Assembly: GCA_010909165.1 (NCBI GenBank)
Contig: MU008219.1
Coordinates: 1-64,000 of the forward strand
Length of the DNA stretch: 64,000 bases
Direction: 5' to 3'
DNA from: Anthoceros angustus
Lineage: Eukaryota > Plantae > Anthocerotophyta
Shown here: piece after piece, positions 26,450 to 39,600 of the stretch
Layout: each line of letters starts with the position of its first letter
How positions within the stretch are numbered: position 1 is the first letter of the stretch
Made by a program: the position numbers and the translations under genes
The notes under the pieces: generated by a model
What the model was told of the DNA's origin: nothing
Seen by the model: only the letters and a program-made list of their open reading frames with translations
Databases searched by the model: none

Positions 26450-28690
26450 GATGGAAGCACGGGCACGGATGGTGGAAGCGGCAAGTGAGGTGGGCGCGGT
26501 CGTGGAGAAAGCCGATTCCACCAAGTGGAGGGTGGATGCCCATGGCGTGGAGCGGAAGCGGCGAGAGGTGGAGGTGCCGGAGGAGAACCTTCATGGGAGT
26601 GAGTCAAGAGGCGGGCGATGCCAAAGCGCCAAGTGGAGTGGGTGTCTCCAGTGGGGAGCTAACGCTACACTGCTTCTGCAGGAGAGATTCCAAAGCCGGA
26701 GGAGGGATCTCGCCAGGCGACATCCGGAGGAACGAGGACATTGGCCTTAGTCCGGAGCTTGAGGGCTGGTCCAACTTGAGGAGCATGGTGGTGGTGCACA
26801 AGAGGGTGACCGTGGCGCCGAGAGAGATGGCATACGTTTTGTGGACCTTCGCTCGGTGGCGGACAACCCCAACAACGTGGCGGAGGGAGCCTTTGGAGGA
26901 GGAGACTCCTGCGGTGGGAGTGGAGACCGGTTCACGGTGGACGTTGCGGAGGAGGGCCAAGGAGCGCATGCCTATGATGGTGAGGAGGGCGGTGAGGAGG
27001 AGGACACACGGCGGCGAGGATGGGGAGGCGGGAGCGAGGAGGAAGATGTGGAGATGGCGGATCGAGGTCGAGGAAGACATGCCGACTACATTGCCAGACA
27101 TGAAATTGGAGAATTGACGGAGCACGGCCGGTAAGCCATTAGACGATGTCATAGCCGTGTTGCAGTGTGCTACATGGCGTGGCGTGTACATGGCATGGTG
27201 CGGAGTTATGCGATGGAGGGTGGATAGAGAATGAGGAGGAGGATGAAGAGTCGTCCGATGAGGAAGGACGAGTGAGGAAGGCCTTCCACCGGGTGTTGGA
27301 GCTAGTGTGTGCAAAATGGAGTGATGGTGCCATGGTCGAGCCACGAAAGTTTGCGAAAGGCGGTGAGGAAGGTAGAGTATGAGTTTGCAAGTATAGAGCG
27401 CGAGGATATTGTGGCCAGTTTGCGGTGCATCGGACAAGGAACCACAATGTGGGCAAGAAGTGCGTGCGCACTGGTGGAGGGAGAAGGGAAGGATGCAAAA
27501 TGGTTGCATCCGCCTAATGTGAGCACGAAGGCATGGAGAAAGGCAGAAAGCCGTGGTGACGCTGCATGGTGGTGTGTGGCCAACACCACGAAGCCGCCGC
27601 AACGCCGGCAAGAATTGCACGAGCATGGGACGAATCCCTTTGGTCCAAGGAGCAAAGGAGTTCGAGAAACGGTATGTCCAACGCGGGAGGGAGCGCAACC
27701 TGGATGAGTTGAAGTGGGCAGCAAGGCATGGATTGGACAAGATGCCGAGTAATCGAGTGGTAAAATAGTCGTTAATGGAATGCTTGGTTGTGATATGTAG
27801 GTTTCGCTATGTAGGACGTGAGTAAGTGATGCGTGCATGCAGGAAGAAGGGAAGGAAAAGCGGTGGAAGGTGAAGGCCAGTCGTGAAGGAAGGCAGAACC
27901 CGGTGGAGAGAAGGAAGATGGAGGGGAAGGTGCCAAGGGAGCGCCACCAAGTGATGCCGAGGCAACGTGGATGGTGGGGATCCCGGAGGTGTGATGGCGG
28001 TGCACCGATAAGGCGTATCACACGATCCGTGTCAAAAGCGTGAGTAGGGTGGCAACCCGCATCGAGAGATTGAATGCTATTCGTTTGCCGTCAATTGTGG
28101 AAGTGGTGATTTGGCAGCCTATGGGGCCGGAGTGAAGGGCTAGCCATTGAGGCTAGTGGGTCGAATGCCACGGAAGGTGGACCACACCAGACGAAACGAG
28201 GAGGTGCCGAGCGAAGAGGGTCAAGCAAAGACAACGGTGTTGAAGCCGCAAGAGGAGTCGAGTCGGACGGTGGCGAAGGGGTGTAGGCGCAAGTGACATA
28301 GGAATGGTTGGTACCCTATGGGTAGGGGGCCGTTTGTGGAGGGGAATGTAAATGGTCGAGATGTTTTCCTGCGGACGATGGAGTCGCCAGCATGGGTGGA
28401 CCGTGATGGTCAATTAGCAACAAACAAGAGGGAATTGGTCGCCCACCTTTGTAGCCCGCATTGACATATCCAGAATTGTGGTGAAAGTGGTTATAGAGGT
28501 CTGGATAGGTGTAGGAAGATGTGGAGGAACCACGAAACCATTGGTGTTGGTCCAAGAGTCACCAAGTGACGTCGCCTGTGAGGCACATGTTGGTGGTGCA
28601 CGCGACGCATGCCCATATCACGTGGAGTTCGTATTGCATCGGTGGAAACAAGCAAGGGATAGAGGACGATTGAAGTGTCCAAAAATTTGA
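26450..28690 (+). pseudogene. Second TnpA-like (Ptta/En/Spm-like) gene remnant
   Basis: Acidic low-complexity N-terminus, HPPNVSTKAW, HEHGTNPFGP..KEFEKRYVQRGRERNLDELKWA, and a C-terminal VVKVVIEV..EFVLHRWK segment like a Tnp1 domain. Frameshifted. Confidence 0.5.
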
Positions 28691-29499
28691 TTTAAATTGT
28701 CAATAAAATCAAACACTTAGATATGTAAGGTATGAGAGTGACGTAAGGGTTAGCACATATATATTATTATATAAACAAGTCTTGATGCCTATATACGCGA
28801 TACATACGTATACAAAGAGGCATGTAAATACACTAATATAATAGAAGTATAACGGATGGATGTGTACATATAAACGCATACATACTTATGTCTTGAAGCC
28901 TACAAACATATATATGTATATTGAGTATATGCAAAGGAGGTAAAAGGAAGGAAGGACAGTAAGAGAGAGGTCATTGTAACAAGCAAGTTGAAAGAGGAAT
29001 AGTGGAAGAGTATAAAATGGGCGTGATAGGGGAGGTCCTTCTCACGGTCATGAAGGAGGAGGAGAAGTGAAAGAGTATAAAAGGGTGTGATAAGGGGGCA
29101 ATAAATAGGAGGGTGAGGGAGAGGAGAGAGACCAAGTATTGTGTTAAGATGGGGTGAGAAGTGGATAAGAAAAGGACACCTTGAACACCAAGCCACCATA
29201 AAGTGTTGCAATATTGAAGTGGTACATGAAGTGAGAGACCAAGCATTGTGTTAGGATGGTGGGAGAAGGAAGAGAAAGAATGGACCAACTTAACACCAAG
29301 CCATCAAACCATGCCGAAGTTGGAAGTGGGAAATTATTAACAATGCTTGTGAGAGAGGGGTGTACCTAAGGGAGGGGGAAGAGATAGTGTCGTTCGTGTT
29401 AAGATGGTCGCACCAAACGGGGACAAACTAACAAACTTAATACCAACCCTCCAAAACATGTTGCAATGTGGAAGTGTAACAAAAATTGCAACATCCATC

Positions 29500-30539
29500 G
29501 TAACATAGGGTGCCCTTTTCTAGTAGGGACTTCGCCAATCCAAGAAGGGCGAGGACGCACGGTCTTAGGTCTTTGCATTGGTGGGCCGTCTTCCTCCTCT
29601 TTATCTCCGCTGGTCCAGCGGGGTTCGGTCTTGGGGCGTTGTGGGCTGGCTCGTTGGTGCGACCACCAACTCCCTCCTATTACAATCTCCGGTAGCAGGT
29701 GCTCGGTGGAGGGACTAAGCGGAGGAAGCGGAATTTCTTCCCATACTTCCGAGGTCCGTTCGAGTCGTATGGAGTGGAATCCTCCCAATCCTCCTCTTCG
29801 AGACTACTTTGGTCTTGAGAGGCGGCCTCCGCCTCCCGGTGCTCTCCCTCGCGCCCGCCTTGGGCAGGGCCACCAACCTCTTCCGGAGCGCCCGCTCCTC
29901 CTCTCCCTCCTTCAGGAGGTTAAGGTGCCCCCACACATGAATGATAAGGCGCAGCACCACGGGCGGCTTCTCGTCAGCTTCACAGCCTCCTAGTTGATTC
30001 TAAGATGATTCTTCCCGGGGCCCTCTTTCCTCTATGTAGGGCGTGGAGGAACACCAGCAAGTTGTCACCAAGGTGGTCCACCTTGGTGAGCATGTTCCAG
30101 TGGACGATAATCTTTGCCACCGCCCTCACCCGTCCGCCGGTTCGACATCGACCACCGTTGAGGACCGAGTCCCGGCCTCAAGAGCGCCGCCCTCGCTGCC
30201 TCTACCTTTCCCTTCACCTTAAGGCTGGAACCACACCCCGACCTCCTCTGCGGGCGGTTGTAGACCGCCTCGGGACCTCTGGCCCATCTCCGGGTCCTCC
30301 TTCAGACTCTTGGAGCGGACCTCTTTGTTGGCCACCGCCAACATCTTCCGGGCGTACTCCCGGACCAAGGTGTCGCTGTCGAACATCCAAACAGCCTAGA
30401 AGATGTCCAGGTGCCAGTGCTCCACTAATTCTTCGGCCTCCTCCAGCCACGGCCCGAAGTCCAGGTAACGCTTGGTGACGATGTTCCTCTCCACCAGGCG
30501 CTAGGGTTCCCAGACCTCCGCCGCCTTCTTGGGCCCCAT
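29500..30539 (-). pseudogene. Athila-type extra ORF (ATHILA ORF1 / 'putative plant transposon protein'-like) remnant
   Basis: My translation from ATG 30539: MGPKKAAEVWEP*RLVERNIVTKRYLDFGPWLEEAEELVEHWHLDIF*AVWMFDSDTLVREYARKM. Later AKIIVHWNMLTKVDHLGDNLLVFLHALHRGKRAPGRIILES. The LVRE(F/Y) and G...G.II pattern fits this family. In-frame TAG stops. Confidence 0.6.
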
Positions 30540-30894
30540 AGCTGTGCGCCTCTCGGACTGCTGTTGTGGCTTGATGATCAACAATTCTCCTTTTTTTTAA
30601 TGCCTTAATGTTTATTTAATACCTTTATTTCTATTTACCGCCGTACCCTCCACGATTTTAACGTGGATATTTGGTCATCGGTAGGGGCACATAGAGTAAG
30701 GCTAAAAAGGTTTTACATGTTGTATACAAAGCGAATGTGGGAACATAACGTCAACCAACAAATGATTTTCAAAAATAATATTCATGACTTTACGCCTAGA
30801 TACCGGGATGATTTACAAATTTTTCAAACCACTAAAAATCAACACTTCATCTTGGTATTGATCCGCCTCTAGGTTGCTTACCAGTGGAGTTGTG

Positions 30895-31045
30895 ACAAAG
30901 TTTTCAAAGTGCCAAAAACAAGCGAACCATCCTAGTACTAATCCGGCCCAAGAGTGCTTAACCCTGGAGTTCTCAAAGCACCAAAAAAGAGCACCCCATC
31001 CCAGTACTGATCCGACCCAAGAGTGCTTAATCTTGGAGTTTTTAT
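30895..31045. repeat. Two-copy ~68 bp tandem repeat
   Basis: ...CCATCC(T/C)AGTACT(A/G)ATCCG(G/A)CCCAAGAGTGCTTAA..GGAGTT occurs twice. Confidence 0.8.
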
Positions 31046-33319
31046 GTCACTGTATATATCCACACTTCTCCGAAGCAAATAGTTAGAAAAAGATACAAAT
31101 AATATATATACATTTGCGCCGGACGTCCTGCGCATCCACTCCACCATTTCCATCGCGCTGGACGCCCGCAAGATTGGGGTCTCGAGGCGCCGGACGTCCC
31201 CACAGTTTTAGCACGGCCAATGTGCCGAACATCCGCGCTCCAATTCCTTCCTATGTTTTCCACTCTAACAATGGAGATCCTATGGTTGTGTACTCACAAA
31301 GGTGCACCGACGCGCTACTTTCTAGAGTCGTAGTTTGGTCTCGAGATGGCCATGATCAGCTATCGGTTAATGTTCTCTCAATTCGGACGTCCATGATTGC
31401 TTCTTTTACTGCAATTGCTTCTTTTGCATGTTGCTTGCGGACGTCCGGCAATTTAACTCTTTGGACTAGTTTGGTTTGGTTTGCCTACTATTCACCTTGC
31501 TAGGAAGTACTATCGCCTGCGAAAGAGGTGTTTAGGATTCCTAGCACCTGTTAAAAATCCTTGAAATCCCTTCCTTGTGAAGGTGAAATCCGCGAACCTT
31601 CTTTGGCTTAAACCCTGTTAGTGTAAGTGTTCGCGAGAAAATAATATGGTCAATGTCTTTTAATACATGTTTAAAGAGTGGTTTTGCTAAAGATGATGCA
31701 TTTTGGCCCATTTTCGGGGGTCATTTTTTGGTCTTTAGGGACCCAAACCCCTTTAATGGAGAATAACCCCTATCCAGAGAGATGCTGTTCTGGTCCTTTC
31801 TATAGTTTTGATGTGCTAGATGTGCTTGGTCTTTAAGGATTCCTACTGTGAATTTTAGATGTCTAATTGCTAAGTGGTCTCACGAGATGTGTTCACTGTA
31901 GGTAATGGACCATGAGGCAAAAGGCCGCTCCAGCACGCAACATATGCAATTACAACGATTCTGTGAACGAGCGTTGTTTGAGAAGGTGAGTCTTCATCTC
32001 TCCGAACCTGCCTTTTCGCTCGCTTTTCGTCATGTTGTTGCATCGGCTATGTCACGCGCTTTGATTGCACTCCCATTTGCTCAAATTCTGCCAGTATTGT
32101 TTGAGCAAATTGATGTAAATTCTCTTTTCTTCCTCCTGCCAGGGAATGCTCAAGGGTGGTGTCCAAGACGCGGCCTTGCGCGAGCTCCATGCTGCAGAAT
32201 TCAGGAAAAGAAACGTCTAATTGCGGCTCCAAAGGATCTAATCCTTGGGATTACCATGTTCGCTGATCGCCTAGGGTTAGGATTGCCTTCAACAGGTGGT
32301 GTTGATTTCTTCCATGTTGATGGTGCAGATCCCATACCATAGGGGATCCGAATACGGTCCATGGCTCTGATACCATAAAGGGGATTAAGACATCACCATC
32401 CTGATCCTTGAGAAGCAGCAAAAGCGAGAGCACGAACGTGCGCGGGTAGGCAAAAAGATAACTGCATTTAGGGTTTAATGAAACAATAAAGAAAAGTGAG
32501 TGTAACTGTATTAAAACCTAATAACTTAATAACCTAATGAATTGTTATTCATGTTAGTTAACCCGCGATCAATCATAACCAGGAGTTAGTGTCTGCTTAA
32601 CATAACGCGATTCCAATACTTGGGGAGGTTTGCACCCACCTCCTCCAACCTTCGCCTGAACAAACACCAGCATTTGGTGGTCAACAGCAATGGGAAGGTC
32701 ATCGCCTCTTATGGTCAACTGTTGGGATAGACGTTAGCAACAAAATGCACACACAAAGCACACACTGACCATCGACTGTCCAGAAATCATTTGGGGATTC
32801 TGGTGTAATCGACAACATCAGGACAGGTGGAACGCCGAAATTTAATCTGGTATTGCGTTTCCTCTTTCTCGCAGCGTCCAGCTCTCGATTGAACTACGAA
32901 GATAGCAAGTTCTCCACTTCCTGCAGCATGAAAAAGTAGAAACCAGCTGTGAGTGTTCATCCATGGAACCTAATAACAGAAAGGGCATTTGAAAAGACAA
33001 ATGTAGCTCACTTCACGGTCTTCATGGCTGTATGTCTCCTGTAACATCGTCGCCGCGGCCAACGCCACTTCCCCTATAGCACAGACATAAATGTGTTCAC
33101 GCTTGGTAATATGGACCTATTATGTGCAAACATCCACCTACTTCAGCTTGTCCTAATCCACAAAAAAACAGCGCTGGCAGTGCCACTTGATGAAAATCTT
33201 GCAGATCTCCAACGGCAAATAAACAGGGCATGCGAGAGTAATGACGCCGCATCCAGCTGCCACAACAACACCACCATTAAGAGGGTATAGTTAAGATTTC
33301 AAATTAAAATCCAATATGA

Positions 33320-34308
33320 ACATGGAGTACAAAAACGAATCGAGGCAAGCTAGATATGGACAGCGGTTAAAACCATGGGAACCCTAACATCCCCTCTTTC
33401 CATACAAGGTGGCTTGAAGGGGCAAAAGAAAACACAACCTGATCCTATGCCTTCGCCATACAACCTGGATGAATCTATGCTTCTCAGGAGGCTGACTAAC
33501 TGACTTGATGCGATTAATTGTATGGGAAAGGAGCCACGGTTTTTGCAATAAGAAGCTGAGCCTTTGGATGATGCGGCCATGTGGACACCGCTTCTCAAGT
33601 TGTGGGTTACAGGCTTTGGACCAGCTAAGACGAATCAACGAGGAAGAGTGGGCTGGGTCGTATGGGCAAGTCTGGATATGTCGGAACGGGACCCAGAATT
33701 GGAGATGCTGCTTACAACCAAGCCACACCAACTGGATGAAATTCGGCCGGTGCCAAAGGAGTTCAAGGTTATCATTGTGGGCCTTGGGATGTTCAAGCTC
33801 AAGAAGTGTTCGCCTAATGTGATGATAACTTCCTTCCAAGAGGCTAGGCAAAATCAAAATGTAAGAACGGTTTGGCAGACATTGTTTCCAGATTCTGAAA
33901 TCTGTGTTTGATCTTGCTCTTCAATGAAGTGCAATGACATGCATGTTGCTCTGGCTTTGCTTATGAGTTTGGTCTGTTCTACAGGCTGGGAGGGCTTTCT
34001 ACAAACAACTATATGCTTTTATCACACAATCTATTGTGGACCACCGGAGAGAGATGAGCATGCGGCATTCAAGGGCAGCCCTCCCCACAACCGCGACACA
34101 TGAAAGATCAGGCAGTTCAGATGAAGAGGAGCTTGGACATGAAGACGAGCATGATGGACCATTGCCCGACATCCTTGAACATTCCGACGATGAAGAAGCA
34201 AAAAGTGGGGATGATGGGGAAAATGAGGTCAGAGATTTTGAAATCATAATGGATTATGAGATGCCTGGGGATTCAATGCTTGTGCCGACAGTGGCTTATA
34301 TCCCCTAA
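33320..34308 (+). pseudogene. Orphan two-exon gene remnant with acidic C-terminus
   Basis: Frame ...MITSFQEARQNQN | GTAAGA intron ~33861-33984 ending ACAG | AGRAFYKQLYAFITQSIVDHRRE...SSDEEELGHEDE. In-frame stops upstream. No family recognised. Confidence 0.45.
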
Positions 34309-35214
34309 CCTGGCAGCATCGCGCCCTTACGTTCAAGGTTTAATTAGAGTCCCTCCCAACCCCCCATGCTGGCATGTTTATGGAAGTGGCGCGAGTCGGG
34401 GAAGAACACGATAATATTTGAAGCGGCTGAATATACATAAAGTGGATTTTGACATGAATATACGCGGAACGGGGTTTTTGACGGGCAATGAAATGCCATA
34501 TTTGAGCATACACTGCAGAAGACGGCATACAATTAGGGTGTCGTAGAGAAGTTCATATCTTTTAGCGGCCCACAGTGGTAGACGAAGGATTCCTCCTATA
34601 GGACGACCATTGTTTTCTGATGGAAATGATGCCCATGTCGTTAGTACATGTGATTCTTTAAACAACAATAAATGAACATGGGCGACCATCTTTGTAACAG
34701 CATCAAAGGGAATGCATACAGTTATTTCTATATTCATGCTATATATCCAATCCAAACACGGTCGACGTTGTTGTGCACAACAGCCAAGGGTGTGAAGACC
34801 CTAAACATACCGTAAGTGACGTATCTCGGCGCCGGCATGACGGCGCCCAAGATTCATAGTCTTTGGCAATGACTGCTGAATGTCGGATAGATACCCTCCT
34901 TCTGCTAAGAAAGTACTTGAATCGTAATGGCTTCTCCGGACTGCTCAACGTCGGACACACACCCTAGGCTAGTGGCTAAGAAGAAACCACCTGAACCGTG
35001 ATGGCTTCTCCGGACTAGCTATAAAAAACAAGGAGCATGGAGGAGTATAAGGGCATGAAGAAGAGGAAGAAGGAGGATGAGGGCATGAGGGCGCCGGCAT
35101 GACGGCGTTCTCGTTTCAAGATATACTTTGTGCTTCATTGTGTTTGTACATAGGAAAGTTAATGAGTCGGTAAAAGATTTGAGGTTCTTAACCAAGAGGT
35201 CTTAGGTTCAAGTC

Positions 35215-35350
35215 ATCTTTTGGTAAAATTTTCCTAGTGTTTACAGAATAGCTAATATAGATCTTTTGGTAAATTTTTCCTAGTGTTTATGGAATAGGTA
35301 ATATATATCTTTTGGTAAATTTTTCCTAGTGTTTACGGAATAGGTACTAT
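35215..35350. repeat. Minisatellite, ~45 bp x3
   Basis: TCTTTTGGTAAA(A/T)TTTTCCTAGTGTTTA..GAATAG repeated three times. Confidence 0.9.
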
Positions 35351-36216
35351 GGATTGAAATGAGAGAGATCAAGAGTTCAAGTCTTCTTTTAAGGTACTGG
35401 CATGCCGATGCCCTTTAAAGGTAAAAACTTGGCCGTGTTATGTCTCTCTTCACTTTCTACGGAGGTCATAGCAGTTGAACGCGCGTTTTGTGTGTTGCAC
35501 ACCATCCTTGTGAGCGACCAAGGCTTCGTCGTCATTGGAAGTGTCAAAAGTGGTGTGTTCTTTCTCATTCTCTTGCGCAAGCAAGCGACACATGGCCTAA
35601 TGTATGTAAGTCATATTGTGCATGGGTGCATGACAAGTGGTTGTAAGCTCTAGTGCTAATGCGGAAGCATGCGCAACGGCGCTCACAGAAAACATATCTA
35701 AGGACACGGCATGTCGATGGCCTTGAGGGAGCTTATTGGCGCCTTCATTAGTATAACCCTAACCTTAGGATTAGGGTGTAGGGTCTCAGCCTTGTTTTGA
35801 CAAGCATGCGGGTTAAGGCGCACTTCTGTGGGTCGAGAGTTACATACTGTTATGTTGACCTTTGTGTTATGCAAAGGGCACCGACATGTCGGCGCCCTCC
35901 AATTTCTGAATCCTTTCATGAGTAATGCCTTTAGGGCCGATTTTTGATCCATCCATGACACCCTATTGTAATCATGTTGGACGGGTTCGATATGGGCACT
36001 GGTAAGCCGGCGCCAACCACCATACCTAGACAAGTATTGCTCTTACAAATGGACTGAAATTGCAATCCGAAGGAATAGCACCCACCCCAAATAATCAAAA
36101 CATGCTTAAATATGCAATATATTTACTGTCAAGATTTGCGGAAGAGGGTTTTTGATTTCCGGAAAGCGGGTTAGTATACTCAGCCGCTTCAAATATTATC
36201 GTGTTAAGTTCTTACC

Positions 36217-36428
36217 TTGTGTTGTGTTGTATTGTTGAGGCTATGCTTGATAATATACAATGTCTTTCTCCACAAATCTTGTGTTGTATTGTTGAGGCTA
36301 TGCTTGATAATATACAATGTCTTTTGTTGAGGCTATGCTTGATAATATACAATGTCTTTCTCCACAAATCTTGTGTTGTATTGTTGAGGCTATGCTTGAT
36401 AATATACAATGTCTTTCTCCACAAATCT
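36217..36428. repeat. Minisatellite, ~57-60 bp x ~3.5
   Basis: GTGTTGTATTGTTGAGGCTATGCTTGATAATATACAATGTCTTTCTCCACAAATCT repeated. Confidence 0.92.
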
Positions 36429-36624
36429 AGCAAAGCCGAGGTGCCGAAATATCCCACAATCCTGCAATGAGATCTTCTTCAGGATGATCAAAAGCTTATA
36501 AACACTTGTCCTCACAACGGCCATGTAATTACTGCCCCATACAACAATGTAACCTGCCCTTTACAAGGAACGTATGTAGCTGCCCCATATAGCAACCACA
36601 AAAGAAGAAGTCTATTATAGTGCA

Positions 36625-39600
36625 CTTGGATAGAATTTTGCTGTCCAGTTAGATACCCTAAGTTATTTTTCATGGGCATCCTCAACACATAGCTCAGATA
36701 CTCTAAGTTGTCCTTCATATGGTTGGATGGAATTTTGCTATCAAGTTAGATACATTAAGTTATCCTTCACATGGGCGTCCTCAACACATAGCTTAGATAC
36801 TCTGAGTTGTCCTTCACATGGTAGGATGGAATTTTGCTATCAAGTTAGATACCCTAAGTTATCCTTCACATGGGCGTTCTCAATCATCAAGTTAGATACT
36901 CTAACTTGTCCTTCACATGGGCGTCCTCAATACTCTAAGTTATCCTTCACATGGGCGTCCTCAATACTCTAAGTTATCCTTCACATGGGCGTCCTCAACC
37001 ATCAAGTTAGATACTCTAAGTTGTCCTTCATATGGGCATCCTCAACACATAGCTTGTGCCAAGATGATGATTCGGGCCTTCACATGGGCATCCTCAACAC
37101 ATAGCTTTTGTTAATCCTTCACAAGTTATCCTTCACATGGGCGTCCTCGACACATAGCTTTTGTTAATCCTTCACAAGTTATCCTTCACATAGGCGTCCT
37201 CAACACATAGCTTTTGTTAATCCTTCACAAGTTATCCTTCACATGGGCATCCTCAACACATAGCTTTTGTTAATCCTTCACAAGTTATCCTTCACGTGGA
37301 CATCCTCAACCATCAAGTTAGATATTTTAAGTTGTCCTTCACATGGGCATCCTCAAAACCCTAAGTTATCCTTCATATGGGCGTCCTCAATACCCTAATT
37401 AATCCTTCACATGGTCGTCCTCAATACCCTAAGTTATCCTTCACATGGGCGTCCTCAATACCCTAAGCTATCCTTCACATGGGCGTCCTCAATACCCTAA
37501 GTTATCCTCCACATGGGCGTCCTCAATATCCTAAGTTATCCTCCACATGGGCGTTTTCAATAAGTTAGATACTCTAAGTTGTCCTTCACATGGGCCTCCT
37601 CAACACAAAGTTATCCTTCACATGGGTGTCCTCAACCATCAAGTTAGATACTCTAAGTTGTCCTTCACATGGGCATCCTCAACACAAATTTATCCTTCAC
37701 ATGGGTGTCCTCAACCATCAAGTTAGATACTCTAAGTTGTCCTTCACATGGTCATCCTCAACACATAGCTTCTGCCAACATGATGATCCGGGACTTCACA
37801 TGGGCGTCCTCCACACATAGCTTTTGTTAATCCTTCGTACAACACAAAGTTATCCTTCACATGGGTGTCCTCAACCAAAAAGTTAGATACTCTAAGTTGT
37901 CCTTTACATGGGTATCCTCAATACAAAGTTATCCTTCACATGGGCGTCCTCAACCATCAAGTTAGATACTCTAAGTTGTCCTTCACATGAGCATGCTCAA
38001 CACATAGCTTGTGCCAACATGATGATCTGGGCCTTCATATGGGCGTCCTCCATACATATCCTTCACTCTAAGTTGTCCTTCACATGGGCGTCCTCAACAC
38101 ATAGCTTCTACCAACATGATGATCCGAGCCTTCACATGGGTGTCCTCCATGCATAGCTTTTGTTAATCCTTCACATAGGCGTCCTCAACACATAGCTTTT
38201 GTTAATCCTTTACATGAGCGTCCTCCACACATACCTTCTGCCAACATGATGATCCGGGCCTTCACATGGGTGTCCTCAACACATAGCTTTTGTTAATCCT
38301 TCAACACAAAGTTATCCTTCACATGGGTGTCCTCAACCATCAAGTTAGATACTCTAAGTTGTCCTTCACATGGGTGTCCTCAACACATAGCAATTATCCT
38401 TTTGTCCTTAACACATAGCTCATGGGCCTCCTCAACACATAGCAATTATCCTTAATTATCCTTAATTAATACACATAGCACAATTGCCCTTAACACATAG
38501 CTTGTGCCAACATGATGATCTGGGCCTTCATATGGGCGTCCTCCATACATATCCTTCACTCTAAGTTGTCCTTCACATGGGCGTCCTCAACACATAGCTT
38601 CTACCAACATGATGATCCGAGCCTTCACATGGGTGTCCTCCATGCATAGCTTTTGTTAATCCTTCACATAGGCGTCCTCAACACATAGCTTTTGTTAATC
38701 CTTTACATGAGCGTCCTCCACACATACCTTCTGCCAACATGATGATCCGGGCCTTCACATGGGTGTCCTCAACACATAGCTCACATGGCCTTCACATGGG
38801 TGTCCTCAACACATAGCTCCTCAACACACAGCTCACATGGGCTTCACATGGGCGTCCTCAACACATAGCTCGTCAACACATAGCTCACATGGGCAACACA
38901 TGGGTGTCCTCAGCACATAGCTCACATGGGCGTCCTCAACACATAGCTCGTCAACACATAGCTCACATGGGCGTCCTCAACACATAGCTCACATGGGCCT
39001 CCTCAACACATAGCTTTTTTGTCCAACATGATGATCCTCAACACATAGCTCACATGGGCGTCCTCGACACATAGCTTTTTTGTCCTCAGCACATAGCTTT
39101 TCTTTATCCTCAACACATAGTTTTTCTTTGTCCTCAAGATACAGCTTTTGGCATTTTTGTCCTCAACACATAGCTTTTGGCGTTTTTGTCCTCAACACAT
39201 AGCTTTTTTGTCCAACATGATGATCCTCAACACATAGCTCACATGGGCATCCTCAACACATAGCATAGCTTTTTTTTGGGCGTTTTTGTCCTTAACACAT
39301 AGCACAATGATCCGCGTTTTTGTCCTTAACACATAGCACATAGCATAGCTTTTTTTTGGGCGTTTTTGTCCTTAACACATAGCACACTGATCCGCGTTTT
39401 TGTCCTTAACACATAGGTCCTTAACACATAGCACATAGCATAGCTTTTTTTTGGGCGTTTTTGTCCTTAACACATAGCACAATGATCCGCGTTTTTGTCC
39501 TTAACACATAGGTCCTTAACACATAGCATAGCTTTTTGGCGTTTTGTCCTTATCACATAGCACAATGATCCGCGTTTTGTCCTTAACACAATAGCACAAT

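Noticed and set aside
26604-27740. 378 aa minus-strand ORF
   Set aside because: Pro/Ser/Leu-rich shadow of the purine-rich plus-strand TnpA-like remnant.
32055-32150. Myb/SANT-like peptide WQEEEKRIYINLLKQYWQNLSKW on the minus strand
   Set aside because: The frame is short and bounded by stops, and an overlapping frame reads equally well. Cannot be supported.
36727-38156. Repetitive ORFs (KLSFTWASS...) as a repeat protein
   Set aside because: Short, frame-switching translations of the satellite with frequent stops.
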